Source: Patescibacteria group bacterium
GTDB lineage: Bacteria > Patescibacteriota > Patescibacteriia > UBA10025 > JBIOWE01
DNA: 64,000 nucleotides
Assembly (NCBI GenBank): GCA_044868145.1
Contig: JBIOWE010000006.1
Coordinates: 218,835 to 282,834, forward strand
Direction of reading: 5' to 3'
The notes under the pieces: generated by a model
What the model was told of the DNA's origin: nothing
The model's input: the letters and a program-made list of their open reading frames with translations, nothing else
Database searches by the model: none
Translations under genes and position numbers: made by a program
Shown here: in pieces, positions 45,883-55,523 of the stretch
How positions within the stretch are numbered: the stretch's first letter is position 1
Layout: every line of letters begins with the position of its first letter

Positions 45883-47703
45883 ATGCGAATTTTTCGTTTA
45901 TCCTCACATCAACAACCAGGTCAGGTTCTGCTTCTCTCAATCGTTTTTATTATTTTAATCTTACTCTTGGTCACAGCATTTATCACTTTTGTTTTTAATA
46001 AGAATGCTGTAGTAACGCGATTGTACCGAGAAACGCAGGCTTTTGAACTCGCCGAGGCGGGCATTGATAAAGCCACGTGGTGTTTGAACCATAGTTCGGA
46101 GTGCTCGAACCCATATGGTGGAGAAACCGCAACCCTTGGCGTTGGCGAGTACACAACGGTCGTGACCGCCGCAGGGCTTGAGTATGAAATCGTTTCGACA
46201 GGAACCGTAGCGAATATTACGAAAGTCATTAAAGTAACTTTGACGGAAGAATCGGTTGTTGCGGGCGCTTCGTTTTTTTATGGCGTGCAGGTCGGCGCCG
46301 GCGGCCTTACATTACTAAATAATAGCTTTGTCGTGGGTAACGTTTATTCGAACGGCTCTATTACGGGTGGGAATGGGACATATGCAACTGGCGACGTATA
46401 TGTTGCCGGTGGTACTTCACTTACGGCTGACCAGCAGCAAACACTGCAAACATCTGATTATTCTTTTGGCGATATCAGCACACGTGAAGATATCGCACAA
46501 AGTTTTAAACCCGGCGTCGATGCGCCAATCAACTACATTCGTTTATATATTAAGAAGGTTGGGTCACCTTCAAACGCAACAGTACGTATAACGGAAGACA
46601 ACAACGGCAAGCCAAAAACCTCCTCTCTGACGAGTGGCACTATGCAAGCTACTCAAGTAACCTCGTCTTATGGGTGGGTTACAGTCTCATTCAGTTCCAA
46701 CCCCGTGCTCACAAAAAATCAAATTTACTGGATTGTTGTTGATATGAACTCGTCCAATGCAAGTAAATACTACGTTTTAGGAATGCATGACAACGCAGGA
46801 TACGGAAACGGACAAGGGATGTACAGTGCGAGCTGGAGTTCAGGCAATTGGACTGGCGCGGGAGGCGACTTTACGTTTGAGACATGGATGGGCGGTGTTG
46901 ATACGTTTATTGACGGACTAGAAGTTGGCGATACGGATCACACATGTGACAATGCCCATTATGCAACGCACCATGGAGACGCGCATGCGCATAAAATTTT
47001 GAACAGCGATGTTGAATGTGATGCATTTTACACGACCGATCCTGCAGACATTCAAGGCACAGCAGTTGGTAGAACAAAACATCCAAACAGCACAGATCCT
47101 CCTCCCGAAGCAATGCCAATATCCGATGGTCAAATTATTGACTGGAAGAATGGCGCTGTAGCTGGATCAACAATTAATGGCGATTATATTCTTGATGATG
47201 CCTCCGCCTCTCTTGGCCCAGTCAAAATTACCGGCAATATGACGATAAAAAATAACGCGAATTTGACCATTACGGGAAACGTATGGGTTGTTGGCAATGT
47301 TCTTTTTGACAACAACTGTTCGATTAACATAGACACAGGGTATTCGACAAATAGCGGATTACTCATTGCGGATGGAAAAATAACCGTGCAAAATAATTGC
47401 ACATTCTCGGGATCCGGTAGCGCAGGTAGCTACATACTCATCCTGTCCACAAATACCTCTCTTGATGGGGCTTCTCCCGCTATCGACATATCTAACAACG
47501 CCCAAACAGTTATTTTTTACGCGAGTAAAGGGCTGATCAACGTATCAAACAATGCCCAATTAAAAGAGGTGACGGGGTACATGCTCAAGCTTGATAACAA
47601 CGCGTCGGTTACCTATGAATCCGGTCTCGCAAGTGCGCAATTCGCAGACGGACCTGGTGGTGTGTGGACGATCAAGCGACAAACTTGGAATTTGGTAAAA
47701 TAG
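45883..47703 (+). CDS. Large PilX-N-domain minor pilin / putative pilus tip adhesin with a C-terminal beta-helix
   Basis: PilX_N-like N-terminus (QPGQVLLLSIVFIILILLLV...QAFELAEAGID). C-terminal repeats NNANLTITGN, NNCSINIDTG, NNAQTVIFYAS, NNAQLKEV and NNASVTYESG, typical of a right-handed beta-helix. Confidence 0.55.
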   Translation: MRIFRLSSHQQPGQVLLLSIVFIILILLLVTAFITFVFNKNAVVTRLYRETQAFELAEAGIDKATWCLNHSSECSNPYGGETATLGVGEYTTVVTAAGLEYEIVSTGTVANITKVIKVTLTEESVVAGASFFYGVQVGAGGLTLLNNSFVVGNVYSNGSITGGNGTYATGDVYVAGGTSLTADQQQTLQTSDYSFGDISTREDIAQSFKPGVDAPINYIRLYIKKVGSPSNATVRITEDNNGKPKTSSLTSGTMQATQVTSSYGWVTVSFSSNPVLTKNQIYWIVVDMNSSNASKYYVLGMHDNAGYGNGQGMYSASWSSGNWTGAGGDFTFETWMGGVDTFIDGLEVGDTDHTCDNAHYATHHGDAHAHKILNSDVECDAFYTTDPADIQGTAVGRTKHPNSTDPPPEAMPISDGQIIDWKNGAVAGSTINGDYILDDASASLGPVKITGNMTIKNNANLTITGNVWVVGNVLFDNNCSINIDTGYSTNSGLLIADGKITVQNNCTFSGSGSAGSYILILSTNTSLDGASPAIDISNNAQTVIFYASKGLINVSNNAQLKEVTGYMLKLDNNASVTYESGLASAQFADGPGGVWTIKRQTWNLVK

Positions 47704-47705
47704 TC

Positions 47706-48779
47706 ATGTTTGCACTCAAACCATTCCAACATTCATTTGGGTTGGACGTTTCCGATTTGAAGCTTCGGCTGGTACAGCTGAAAAAAAACGGAAGAAAAGT
47801 TTCGGTTTCTGGCTTTGGTGAAATAGTTATACCGGAAGGGAGTATTATCGGCGGAGACATAAAGATGCCAGAGCTTGTTCAAAATTCAATTGTCCAGTTA
47901 GTGAAGAACACTCACGGAAACATCAAAGGTCAATACGTTATTGCGTCTTTGCCTGAAAGAAAAACATTTATTAAAGTTATCACTATTCCATCAGTGCCGA
48001 GTGATGAATTGGCTGGGGCCATTAAATGGCAAACGCAGCAGCACGTTCCTATTTCGATGGATGAATCGTATATTGATTGGCAGATACTTGATTCCTTCAA
48101 GGATCAAGGGGGTGTTAAACAACGCGTTCTTGTCGGCGTTGCTCCAAAGGTAATTGTTGATCAATACACGGACGTTTTTAAAAGAAGCGGTCTCACCCCG
48201 ATTGCCCTTGAGACGGAGTCTGCGTGTATAGTGCGGGCGCTTATGCCAATCGACCAAAAAAACGATGAAAGTGTGTTAATTGTCGATATGGGTGCGAGCA
48301 GGACAAGCTTAATCATCTATGCAGAGAATGCGCTGCAATTTACGACAACACACACCGTAAGTGGATTTATGATGTCACAATCAATCGCGCGTAGCCTCAA
48401 ATTAACCCTTGACGAGGCTGAAAAAGCAAAAGTCATTTGCGGTTTTGATCCCACAAAAGCAAAAGGGGCTATACGAGCCATCCTTATACCAGTTGTCCGT
48501 GAATTGTTAATGCGTATTCAAGAAACGATTGAATATTCACCCACCTCCGTTTCAGGAAAAAAAATAGAAAAAGTCGTGCTTTGTGGCGGCGCATCACAGT
48601 TGGTAGGTTTGAAGGAATACTTTCAAGAAGCTCTGCACCTGCCGATAGTATTCGGTGATCCGCTTATGAATATTACAAATCATAAGCGCGTTATTATTCC
48701 AGCAGGCAAGCGTCTTTCCTATACAACCGCGCTTGGAGCTGCACTGCGCGGCTTATCCCCTAGCAACATCCTCTCATGA
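47706..48779 (+). CDS. pilM: Type IV pilus assembly protein PilM (actin-like ATPase fold)
   Basis: FGLDVSDLKLRLVQL... Start at ATG 47706 just after the upstream stop. Confidence 0.8.
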   Translation: MFALKPFQHSFGLDVSDLKLRLVQLKKNGRKVSVSGFGEIVIPEGSIIGGDIKMPELVQNSIVQLVKNTHGNIKGQYVIASLPERKTFIKVITIPSVPSDELAGAIKWQTQQHVPISMDESYIDWQILDSFKDQGGVKQRVLVGVAPKVIVDQYTDVFKRSGLTPIALETESACIVRALMPIDQKNDESVLIVDMGASRTSLIIYAENALQFTTTHTVSGFMMSQSIARSLKLTLDEAEKAKVICGFDPTKAKGAIRAILIPVVRELLMRIQETIEYSPTSVSGKKIEKVVLCGGASQLVGLKEYFQEALHLPIVFGDPLMNITNHKRVIIPAGKRLSYTTALGAALRGLSPSNILS

Positions 48780-49336
48780 TATCACTCAACTTGCTGAGTC
48801 CTCAGGAAAAATCTTCCCTTCGTACGGATCGCATGTTTGCCATGGCACGCACGTTAGGCGTAATGATCCTTGTCGTCTTAGCGGTTTTGACCGTTATTTT
48901 CTATTTTGAAAAAAATGTTTTACAAAATAACTATTCTATTCTACAAAGCGAAGGCCGCGGTTATGAATCCATCGTTTTGACCTCTCACGGCGCAACCCTT
49001 GAAGCTAGCATTGTCGCCCTGAACGAGGATATGGCCAAAGTGCAGCAAATCCAAAAAGGATTTATTACATGGTCAAAATTCTTTCAATACTTGAGCGATA
49101 GAAGGCAAAACACAATCCAAATCACTTCAATAGTGCTAGATCAAGCAGACTCATCTTTCTTATTGGAAGGTCGCGCAAAAACTCGCTCGGATATTTTGTC
49201 ATTCCAAGATTTTCTCAATGCCTCGCCATTATTTGATGACGTTTCTGCCCCGATTTCGAATCTCACAGAGCGCGAGAACGTTGATTTTTCATTTAGCGGA
49301 AAATTAAACCTAGCAACGCTCGCATCATTACCATGA
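48776..49336 (+). CDS. pilN: PilN-like bitopic pilus alignment protein
   Basis: Single TM followed by a periplasmic/extracellular domain. Position after pilM. Confidence 0.6.
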   Translation: MISLNLLSPQEKSSLRTDRMFAMARTLGVMILVVLAVLTVIFYFEKNVLQNNYSILQSEGRGYESIVLTSHGATLEASIVALNEDMAKVQQIQKGFITWSKFFQYLSDRRQNTIQITSIVLDQADSSFLLEGRAKTRSDILSFQDFLNASPLFDDVSAPISNLTERENVDFSFSGKLNLATLASLP

Positions 49337-49869
49337 AAAATGATTTGCTAAAAAATGCCGGCATTATTGGCGGAATCACCTTGCTTTTCATTGGTGACAT
49401 TGTATTTTTTTTGTTGCCGCAACACAAGACGGTCGCATCATTGGCTGATAAGATTTACGATGAGCGCGTGCATGTGGAGTTAGTAAAGCGCCAAGCCTCC
49501 TCTCTCGTTGAAACGCAAGCGGGCTTTCATGCGATTGAAAGCGACGCAAAGCAACTCGAGGTTGCCTTTATTCCAAAAACTGAAACAATTCAGTTTATTT
49601 CTTCATTAGAATCTCTGGCTTCGGACCGTGGTATTACGCAAAAGATATCTCTTGAAGGACTTACCTTACCTTCTAAGACAAGTAAAACCCAGGCAGAGGT
49701 TCAGGAAGTTCCTCTTGAGTTATCATTGTCTGGTTCCCCATCGTTGGTTATTTCATATATCCGAGACCTTGAGCTTTTGCCGCATTATATTAATATAAAC
49801 AAAATAGAGATGTCTGGCGCTGATGAAAGCATTACGGCAAGAGTATCAGCCAAAACTTTCTGGCGATGA
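49333..49869 (+). CDS. pilO: PilO-like bitopic pilus alignment protein
   Basis: N-terminal TM plus coiled coil. Position after pilN. Confidence 0.55.
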   Translation: MKNDLLKNAGIIGGITLLFIGDIVFFLLPQHKTVASLADKIYDERVHVELVKRQASSLVETQAGFHAIESDAKQLEVAFIPKTETIQFISSLESLASDRGITQKISLEGLTLPSKTSKTQAEVQEVPLELSLSGSPSLVISYIRDLELLPHYININKIEMSGADESITARVSAKTFWR

Positions 49870-50174
49870 TGCATATGCGCAAAATATTAAGCAGGCTAAA
49901 AAAAGTTAATATCGGAAGTTTTCTCATCATGCATACGGGAATCGTTTTTGCCGTGCTTATTGCTTGCGCTGTTCTTTTTGTCGGTATTGTTACGTATCAA
50001 AAAGTCTATCTCACTGTTATTGCTCCAAAATCAATACCGCAGGAAGACTTACTCGAGAGGCAAGAGAAGGTTAATACGAATCTGTTTAAACAGATCTCGC
50101 ATGACCTTGATATCAAACGTTCTCAAAAGCAGTTACAGCCGGGGCAACTAAAGAATATTTTTTCCCACTATTAA
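49866..50174 (+). CDS. Small bitopic membrane protein ending the pil operon (PilP-like position)
   Basis: 102 aa, one TM, translationally coupled to the pilO-like gene. Confidence 0.4.
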   Translation: MMHMRKILSRLKKVNIGSFLIMHTGIVFAVLIACAVLFVGIVTYQKVYLTVIAPKSIPQEDLLERQEKVNTNLFKQISHDLDIKRSQKQLQPGQLKNIFSHY

Positions 50175-50180
50175 TGATTC

Positions 50181-50208
50181 TTGACATTTTTTGAGACTGC
50201 GCTACAAT
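50181..50208 (+). promoter_or_regulatory. Sigma70 promoter: TTGACA, 16-nt spacer, TACAAT, upstream of rpmA
   Basis: -35 at 50181-50186 and -10 at 50203-50208. Confidence 0.55.
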
Positions 50209-50228
50209 CATAAAACAAAGAAATCGCT

Positions 50229-50507
50229 ATGGCACATGTTAAAGGCACAAGCACAACTTCGCTCGGCCGTGACAGTCACGGTCAACGATTAGGCATTAAA
50301 CTATTTGCTGGTGAATACGCAAAGTCAGGCAGTATTATTGTGCGTCAACGTGGTACAAAATTCTTTCCGGGGAGAAACGTCTTGCGGGGTAAAGATGATA
50401 CTCTTTTCGCCGTGAAAGCAGGAACCGTCAAATTTCTTGAGGTAAAAAAGCTGGATCACTCAGGAAAACCGACCTATAAAAAATACGTTCACGTGATACC
50501 GGCGTAG
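50229..50507 (+). CDS. rpmA: 50S ribosomal protein L27
   Basis: [29 protein letters not shown]...[13 protein letters not shown]. Confidence 0.9.
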   Translation: MAHVKGTSTTSLGRDSHGQRLGIKLFAGEYAKSGSIIVRQRGTKFFPGRNVLRGKDDTLFAVKAGTVKFLEVKKLDHSGKPTYKKYVHVIPA

Positions 50508-50527
50508 ACGCTTTTCTCCTGCTTTGA

Positions 50528-50557
50528 GCGCAATCAATCACTTGCGCTTTATTTTTG
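50528..50557 (+). terminator. Intrinsic terminator for rpmA: GCGCAA-TCAATCAC-TTGCGC followed by TTTATTTTT
   Basis: Hairpin plus T-run read directly. It overlaps the pyrG stop codon on the opposite strand. Confidence 0.6.
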
Positions 50558-52174
50558 GTTTATACACACATCAATGAAGTCTCGGAAAAGCGGGTGGGGT
50601 CGCAACGGTCGAGACTGGAATTCAGGGTGAAACTGTACGCCAACAAACCACGGGTGCTGTTGAATTTCAATAATTTCACCAAGTCGACCGTCCGGGGTCG
50701 TGCCAGACAGAATCATGCCGGCATCCTCAAATTGCTTTCGGTATTGATTATTAAACTCATATCGATGGCGATGCCGCTCCTGTATGAGTTCTTTATCGTA
50801 TGCTTTCCGAGCTCGAGAGTGTTTGGTAAGTTTACATTGCCAACTTCCAAGCCTCATCGTGCCGCCGTAATCATGCTCGAGCAGTTTTTTTTCTTGGTCT
50901 GGCATAATGTGGATTACGGGGTGTTGCGCTTGTTCATCGAATTCTTGGCTCGTTGCATTTTGGATTTGCAGAACATTGCGCGCGAATTCGATGGTAGCGA
51001 TTTGCATGCCCAGGCAAAGCCCGAAGAATGGGATGTTGTGTTCTCGCGCGTATCGCGCCGCCGCAATTTTTCCTTCTATGCCACGCGATCCGAAGCCACC
51101 AGGGATAACAATGCCATTCGCGGACTTCAGGCGGCTCCACTCTTTTGCATCATTTTTTTCGAGCTTCTCAGCGTCAATCCATTCAACGTTTAATTTTGCG
51201 TTATGGTAGTAGGCCGCTGACTTAAGAGCTTCCATGATGCTTAAATACGCGTCGCCATGTTCTGTATACTTGCCTACGATAGCGATTGATGCAGTTTTTG
51301 TGCCGTCTTTTGCGCGTTTTACAAGCTCCTTCCACTCTTTCAAATTCGGTTTACGCCTGTGCATCCCGAACTTGTCGAAAATGATGTCTGTAATATGAAA
51401 TTTTTCGAAATTAAGAGGTACCTCATACAGAATTTTGATCGTGGGGGCAGGTATGACCGCTTCCGGGGGTACGTCGCTGAAGAGCGCAATCTTTTCTAAG
51501 AGCTCCTGTTTGATCGTCGGAAAATCTGTTCTGCAAATGATAATATCCGGTTGGATTCCTATTCGCCGCAGCTCACGAATGGAACCTTGCACAGGTTTTG
51601 TTTTTAATTCACGTGACGTTTTGAGATATGGCAATAACGCGACATGAACAAAGAGAACATTCTCATCGCCGAACTCGCGGTGGAGCTGGCGTACGGCTTC
51701 CAAAAATGGTTCACCTTCAATGTCTCCAACCGTTCCGCCGATTTCCATAATAAGAAAATCCGCGTCGCTTTGTCGCGCAGCTTCCTGAATATGCGCCTTA
51801 ATGGCGTCCGTAATATGCGGAATAATTTGAATGGTTTTGCCAAGAAAACCACCCTTGCGCTCGTGGGTCAAAAGGCGGTCATACACTTGTCCGGCCGTGA
51901 GATTGCTAAGCCGGCTTAACTCAACATCAAGAAAGCGCTCGTAGTGCCCAAGGTCGAGGTCTGTTTCCGTGCCGTCGTTTAAAACGTACACCTCGCCATG
52001 CTGATACGGGTTCATCGTGCCGGGATCTACGTTGAGATACGGGTCAAACTTCAAACTAAACACGCGATATTTACAAGCCTTGAGTAATGCTCCAATTGAA
52101 GCCGCAGAAATACCTTTGCCGAGGCCCGAGCAAACACCGCCGGTGACTATGATGTAGCGACATTTTTGTTTCAT
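50549..52174 (-). CDS. pyrG: CTP synthase
   Basis: YIIVTGGVCSGLGKG N-terminus and a C-terminal glutamine amidotransferase with GLCLGMQ. Confidence 0.95.
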   Translation of the reverse strand: MKQKCRYIIVTGGVCSGLGKGISAASIGALLKACKYRVFSLKFDPYLNVDPGTMNPYQHGEVYVLNDGTETDLDLGHYERFLDVELSRLSNLTAGQVYDRLLTHERKGGFLGKTIQIIPHITDAIKAHIQEAARQSDADFLIMEIGGTVGDIEGEPFLEAVRQLHREFGDENVLFVHVALLPYLKTSRELKTKPVQGSIRELRRIGIQPDIIICRTDFPTIKQELLEKIALFSDVPPEAVIPAPTIKILYEVPLNFEKFHITDIIFDKFGMHRRKPNLKEWKELVKRAKDGTKTASIAIVGKYTEHGDAYLSIMEALKSAAYYHNAKLNVEWIDAEKLEKNDAKEWSRLKSANGIVIPGGFGSRGIEGKIAAARYAREHNIPFFGLCLGMQIATIEFARNVLQIQNATSQEFDEQAQHPVIHIMPDQEKKLLEHDYGGTMRLGSWQCKLTKHSRARKAYDKELIQERHRHRYEFNNQYRKQFEDAGMILSGTTPDGRLGEIIEIQQHPWFVGVQFHPEFQSRPLRPHPLFRDFIDVCINQK

Positions 52175-52623
52175 TTGGCTCTTGGTTGAATAATGCATGT
52201 TATCGTTGCGCGCAATTCCTTGCCGGACTCAATCTCTACGGGATACGTCCCTATGCGTTTCAATGGATGATCAAGCTTAATATATTTTGGATCAATGGAT
52301 AAACCTGTTGACCGAGCCAATTGCTGCGCGATGATTTGAGCCTTGATTCCGCGAAACAACGTTCCGTCAGAAGATGCAGGTTCATCTAGCTTGATCTCAG
52401 CTCCATCCAGTCGAGCAAACATATGTTGGGTATTCTTTTGTTCCTTTTCTTCTTGCTTCTTGTGACGAATGGTTTGTTGCTCGTTCTTTTTCAGTGTTTC
52501 TGCAGTGGCGATGGTTGCGAAGTGGTGCGGGCCAAGAAAATTACGAAAAAATCCCTCAGACACGTTTCTTACCTCGCCCTTCTTTCCGGTGCCACGCATA
52601 TCTTGCAATAGTATAACACGCAT
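52171..52623 (-). CDS. rplI: 50S ribosomal protein L9
   Basis: MRVILLQDMRGTGKKGEV... Confidence 0.85.
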   Translation of the reverse strand: MRVILLQDMRGTGKKGEVRNVSEGFFRNFLGPHHFATIATAETLKKNEQQTIRHKKQEEKEQKNTQHMFARLDGAEIKLDEPASSDGTLFRGIKAQIIAQQLARSTGLSIDPKYIKLDHPLKRIGTYPVEIESGKELRATITCIIQPRAK

Positions 52624-52654
52624 ACGTTTTTTATGAATAATCTATAAAAAATGA

Positions 52655-52909
52655 TTAATAAGCGTCGCCAGGATTCACCCACTGCGTTTCAACATTTTCT
52701 ATATGACTCGCACCAGGGCTGCTTTTTATCCATGCGATGAGTTCCTTAACGTTTTGTTGCTCGCCTTCAGCAACGACCTCAACAGACCCGTCTGGGCTGT
52801 TCTTCACATAGCCTACTATACTGAGATTCGCCGCGCGCTGCTTTATCGCCGTACGGAGGTTCACGCCTTGGACAATCCCGGTCAGCCGCAATAGCGCGTG
52901 TGCTCGCAT
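52655..52909 (-). CDS. acyP: Acylphosphatase
   Basis: GIVQGVNLR...GYVKNSPDGSVEV motifs. Start at the internal Met. Confidence 0.8.
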   Translation of the reverse strand: MRAHALLRLTGIVQGVNLRTAIKQRAANLSIVGYVKNSPDGSVEVVAEGEQQNVKELIAWIKSSPGASHIENVETQWVNPGDAY

Positions 52910-52916
52910 ACACTCA

Positions 52917-54125
52917 TTACTTCGCGAGAATGAATTCAACTGCTTTATCAAGCTGCGGGTCACGTCCTGCATCTGCATCTTCCTGCGTAAGGCTCACTTG
53001 CACGTCTGGATTTATGCCGTGGTCAGTTATAGACGTTCCGTTCGGGGTCAGCCATTTTGCAACAGTCAATTTAAGTGAAGATCCATCCGGAAAATCTTCC
53101 AGCTCTTGCACTGACCCCTTGCCAAATGTGCGCTCACCAATAATGATGGACGCTTTATGGTCTTGGAGTGCTCCGGCAACAATCTCTGACCCGGACGCGC
53201 TTCCCCCATTGACCAATACTGCGCTTGGAATGTTCTTGAGCGGCGTGTCTTCGTCGCCATAGTGCAGTTGCGGCGCTTCCCCTTTGTTGAATTGTTCTTG
53301 CACCACGACAACGTGACCGAGAAATTCGTCTGCCACTCTAATTGCGGCATCAAGGTACCCGCCCGGATTATTGCGTAAGTCGAGAATCAACCCAGAAGGG
53401 CTTTTGAGCATAACTTCCCTTACTGCCGCCACAAAATCATCAGCCGTATGATCATCAAATTGACTTATTTTTATGTACGCGACATTATTACTTTTCATCG
53501 TCCAGCTAACGCTATCAACTTTAATCGAGTCACGAGTTATTTCGACCACTTGTTCTTTTTGGTCCGGCGGTCTTACAATCGTCAGACTCACCTTGGTACC
53601 TTTTTTCCCTCGTATCAATGCAACAGCCGCGTCAATGCTCAAGTTTGCTGTTTCATGTTCGTCAATTTTGATGATTTGATCACCCGGCTTGAGCCCCGCT
53701 TTTTCAGCTGGCGTATTGGGCAGCGGTGCAATAACAGATAGTTGCTTACTCTTAATACCGATTTCAGCTCCAATCCCCTCGAATTGTCCGCTTAGTTCGT
53801 GAGAGAACTCTTCAGTCATTTGCGGATCAAGAAATACAGAGTAAGGATCACCCAGGCTGTTGACGAGCCCGCTAATAGCGCCGTAAAATAAATGAGTTTC
53901 ATCTACCGGAGTATTTACGTAACGTTCCTGAATAGTCTGCCACACATTGCTGAAAAGATTTTTCGAAGATGGGTTTTTGTCGTATAGTGTACCGACGACG
54001 CTTAAAATTTCACCAACGGTATGTGCTGAAAGTTGTTTTTTTGATGAAACGGCAACGAGAAAGCCAGCACTAAAGCTGACTGCCATGAAAAACAAGATAA
54101 ATGCTGCAATAAAAAATCTTTTCAT
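52917..54125 (-). CDS. ctpA: Carboxy-terminal processing peptidase (S41) with PDZ domain
   Basis: PDZ (GLKPGDQIIKIDEHE) and the S41 catalytic region (GGSASGSEIVAGALQD...GERTFGKGSVQ). Confidence 0.85.
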   Translation of the reverse strand: MKRFFIAAFILFFMAVSFSAGFLVAVSSKKQLSAHTVGEILSVVGTLYDKNPSSKNLFSNVWQTIQERYVNTPVDETHLFYGAISGLVNSLGDPYSVFLDPQMTEEFSHELSGQFEGIGAEIGIKSKQLSVIAPLPNTPAEKAGLKPGDQIIKIDEHETANLSIDAAVALIRGKKGTKVSLTIVRPPDQKEQVVEITRDSIKVDSVSWTMKSNNVAYIKISQFDDHTADDFVAAVREVMLKSPSGLILDLRNNPGGYLDAAIRVADEFLGHVVVVQEQFNKGEAPQLHYGDEDTPLKNIPSAVLVNGGSASGSEIVAGALQDHKASIIIGERTFGKGSVQELEDFPDGSSLKLTVAKWLTPNGTSITDHGINPDVQVSLTQEDADAGRDPQLDKAVEFILAK

Positions 54126-54129
54126 ACGC

Positions 54130-55422
54130 TTATGGAATGCGTTCGATTGATGCACCGATTGCCTTGAGTCGTACGTCAAGGGCTTCGTATCCTCTATCCG
54201 CTTGTTCGGCGTTCGAGATTGTACTTTTGCCTCGCGCGATCAACGCCGCAATGATCAGCGTTGCGCCTGCCCGGAGATCAAAGCTTGTAATGTCCGTTGC
54301 GGTCAAAGGCGTCGGCCCAACAATCAGGGCACGATGAGGATCACAGATTGTCGCGTTTACGCCCATTTTTATCAGTTCGTCTATATATTTCAGTCTGCCC
54401 TCATACATCCAATCGTGAATGAGTGTGGTTCCGTCTGCTTGTGTCATAAAAACCGAAAATGGAGGGATTAAATCCGTTGCAAAGCCTGGATACATCATAG
54501 AGTGCACTTTTTTTATCGCGTGCAATTTTAGCGACGGTTGCACGTTGATGGTTGCTTGTTGGTATCGTCTATGCAAAGTATTTTCTTGCTCTATCGTGAA
54601 CCGCAGTCCGGCCTCTTGAAATTTCAAAAGCGGAAGCTCGAGAAACTCTGGCGCGGTGTTTTTTAACTGAAGTTTTGATCGTGATGCGCCCGCTAAGGCA
54701 AGAAACGTCCCTGTCTCAATAGGATCTGGCATGATATTGTATCCGTCGGTACCCGTAAGTTCGCTCTGCCCTTGAATGTGCAACTCATACGTTCCGATTC
54801 CGTCGATCGTGACGCCAACTGATTGCAGAAACCAGCAAAGATCTTGCACCGACGGATCCGCAGCTGCTCCCCGTAACACTGTTTTGCGGGGAATAGTGCT
54901 AGCAATGATAATGGCATTTTCGGTTGCCGTAACGCTCATTTCTGGTAAAAAAAATGCTGCGGCTTTTTTCTTTGTCGCATCGACCGTGTACCCGTTTGAT
55001 GATTGTCCGACGATTATACCGAATTCCTGCAATACGCGTAAATGAGTATCAATCGGTCTTGCACCAATCTGGCAGCCACCAGGGTCGGGAAAGGTGAAGC
55101 GCATGCCTCTTCCCGAGAGCGCACCAAAAAATAATACGGATGATCGCAATGTGCCCACTAAATCCTCTCGAACTTTTTCTGGCGCAATGTCTCGCGCGTC
55201 GATGGTAACTTCATGGTCACCCGTCCACTTAATGTCCACCCCTATGCTTTTCATAATCTCCATCATATTCATTACATCGGCTATGCGAGGCAGGTTACGA
55301 ACAACGCACGTTTTTTTTGTCAACATCGCAGCTGCTAAAATAGGCGTTGCGGCATTCTTGGACCCGCGAACGACAATTTCGCCACGCAGGTTTTTTTGAC
55401 CTTCAATGACAAACTTTGACAT
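54130..55422 (-). CDS. murA: UDP-N-acetylglucosamine 1-carboxyvinyltransferase
   Basis: GEIVVRGSKNAATPILAAAML and the conserved catalytic region. Confidence 0.9.
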   Translation of the reverse strand: MSKFVIEGQKNLRGEIVVRGSKNAATPILAAAMLTKKTCVVRNLPRIADVMNMMEIMKSIGVDIKWTGDHEVTIDARDIAPEKVREDLVGTLRSSVLFFGALSGRGMRFTFPDPGGCQIGARPIDTHLRVLQEFGIIVGQSSNGYTVDATKKKAAAFFLPEMSVTATENAIIIASTIPRKTVLRGAAADPSVQDLCWFLQSVGVTIDGIGTYELHIQGQSELTGTDGYNIMPDPIETGTFLALAGASRSKLQLKNTAPEFLELPLLKFQEAGLRFTIEQENTLHRRYQQATINVQPSLKLHAIKKVHSMMYPGFATDLIPPFSVFMTQADGTTLIHDWMYEGRLKYIDELIKMGVNATICDPHRALIVGPTPLTATDITSFDLRAGATLIIAALIARGKSTISNAEQADRGYEALDVRLKAIGASIERIP

Positions 55423-55523
55423 ATAATTATTCTTCAATTATACGGAAGTTAGGGAAAAACGCAACGCATACGCGTCTGGACACGAAGCATATCGAGCATT
55501 ATACTACATCACGACGAAAAATA

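Noticed and set aside
50555-51209. Plus-strand ORFs (212 aa and 100 aa) inside pyrG
   Set aside because: Antisense to a highly conserved CTP synthase gene, with no homology or start signals.
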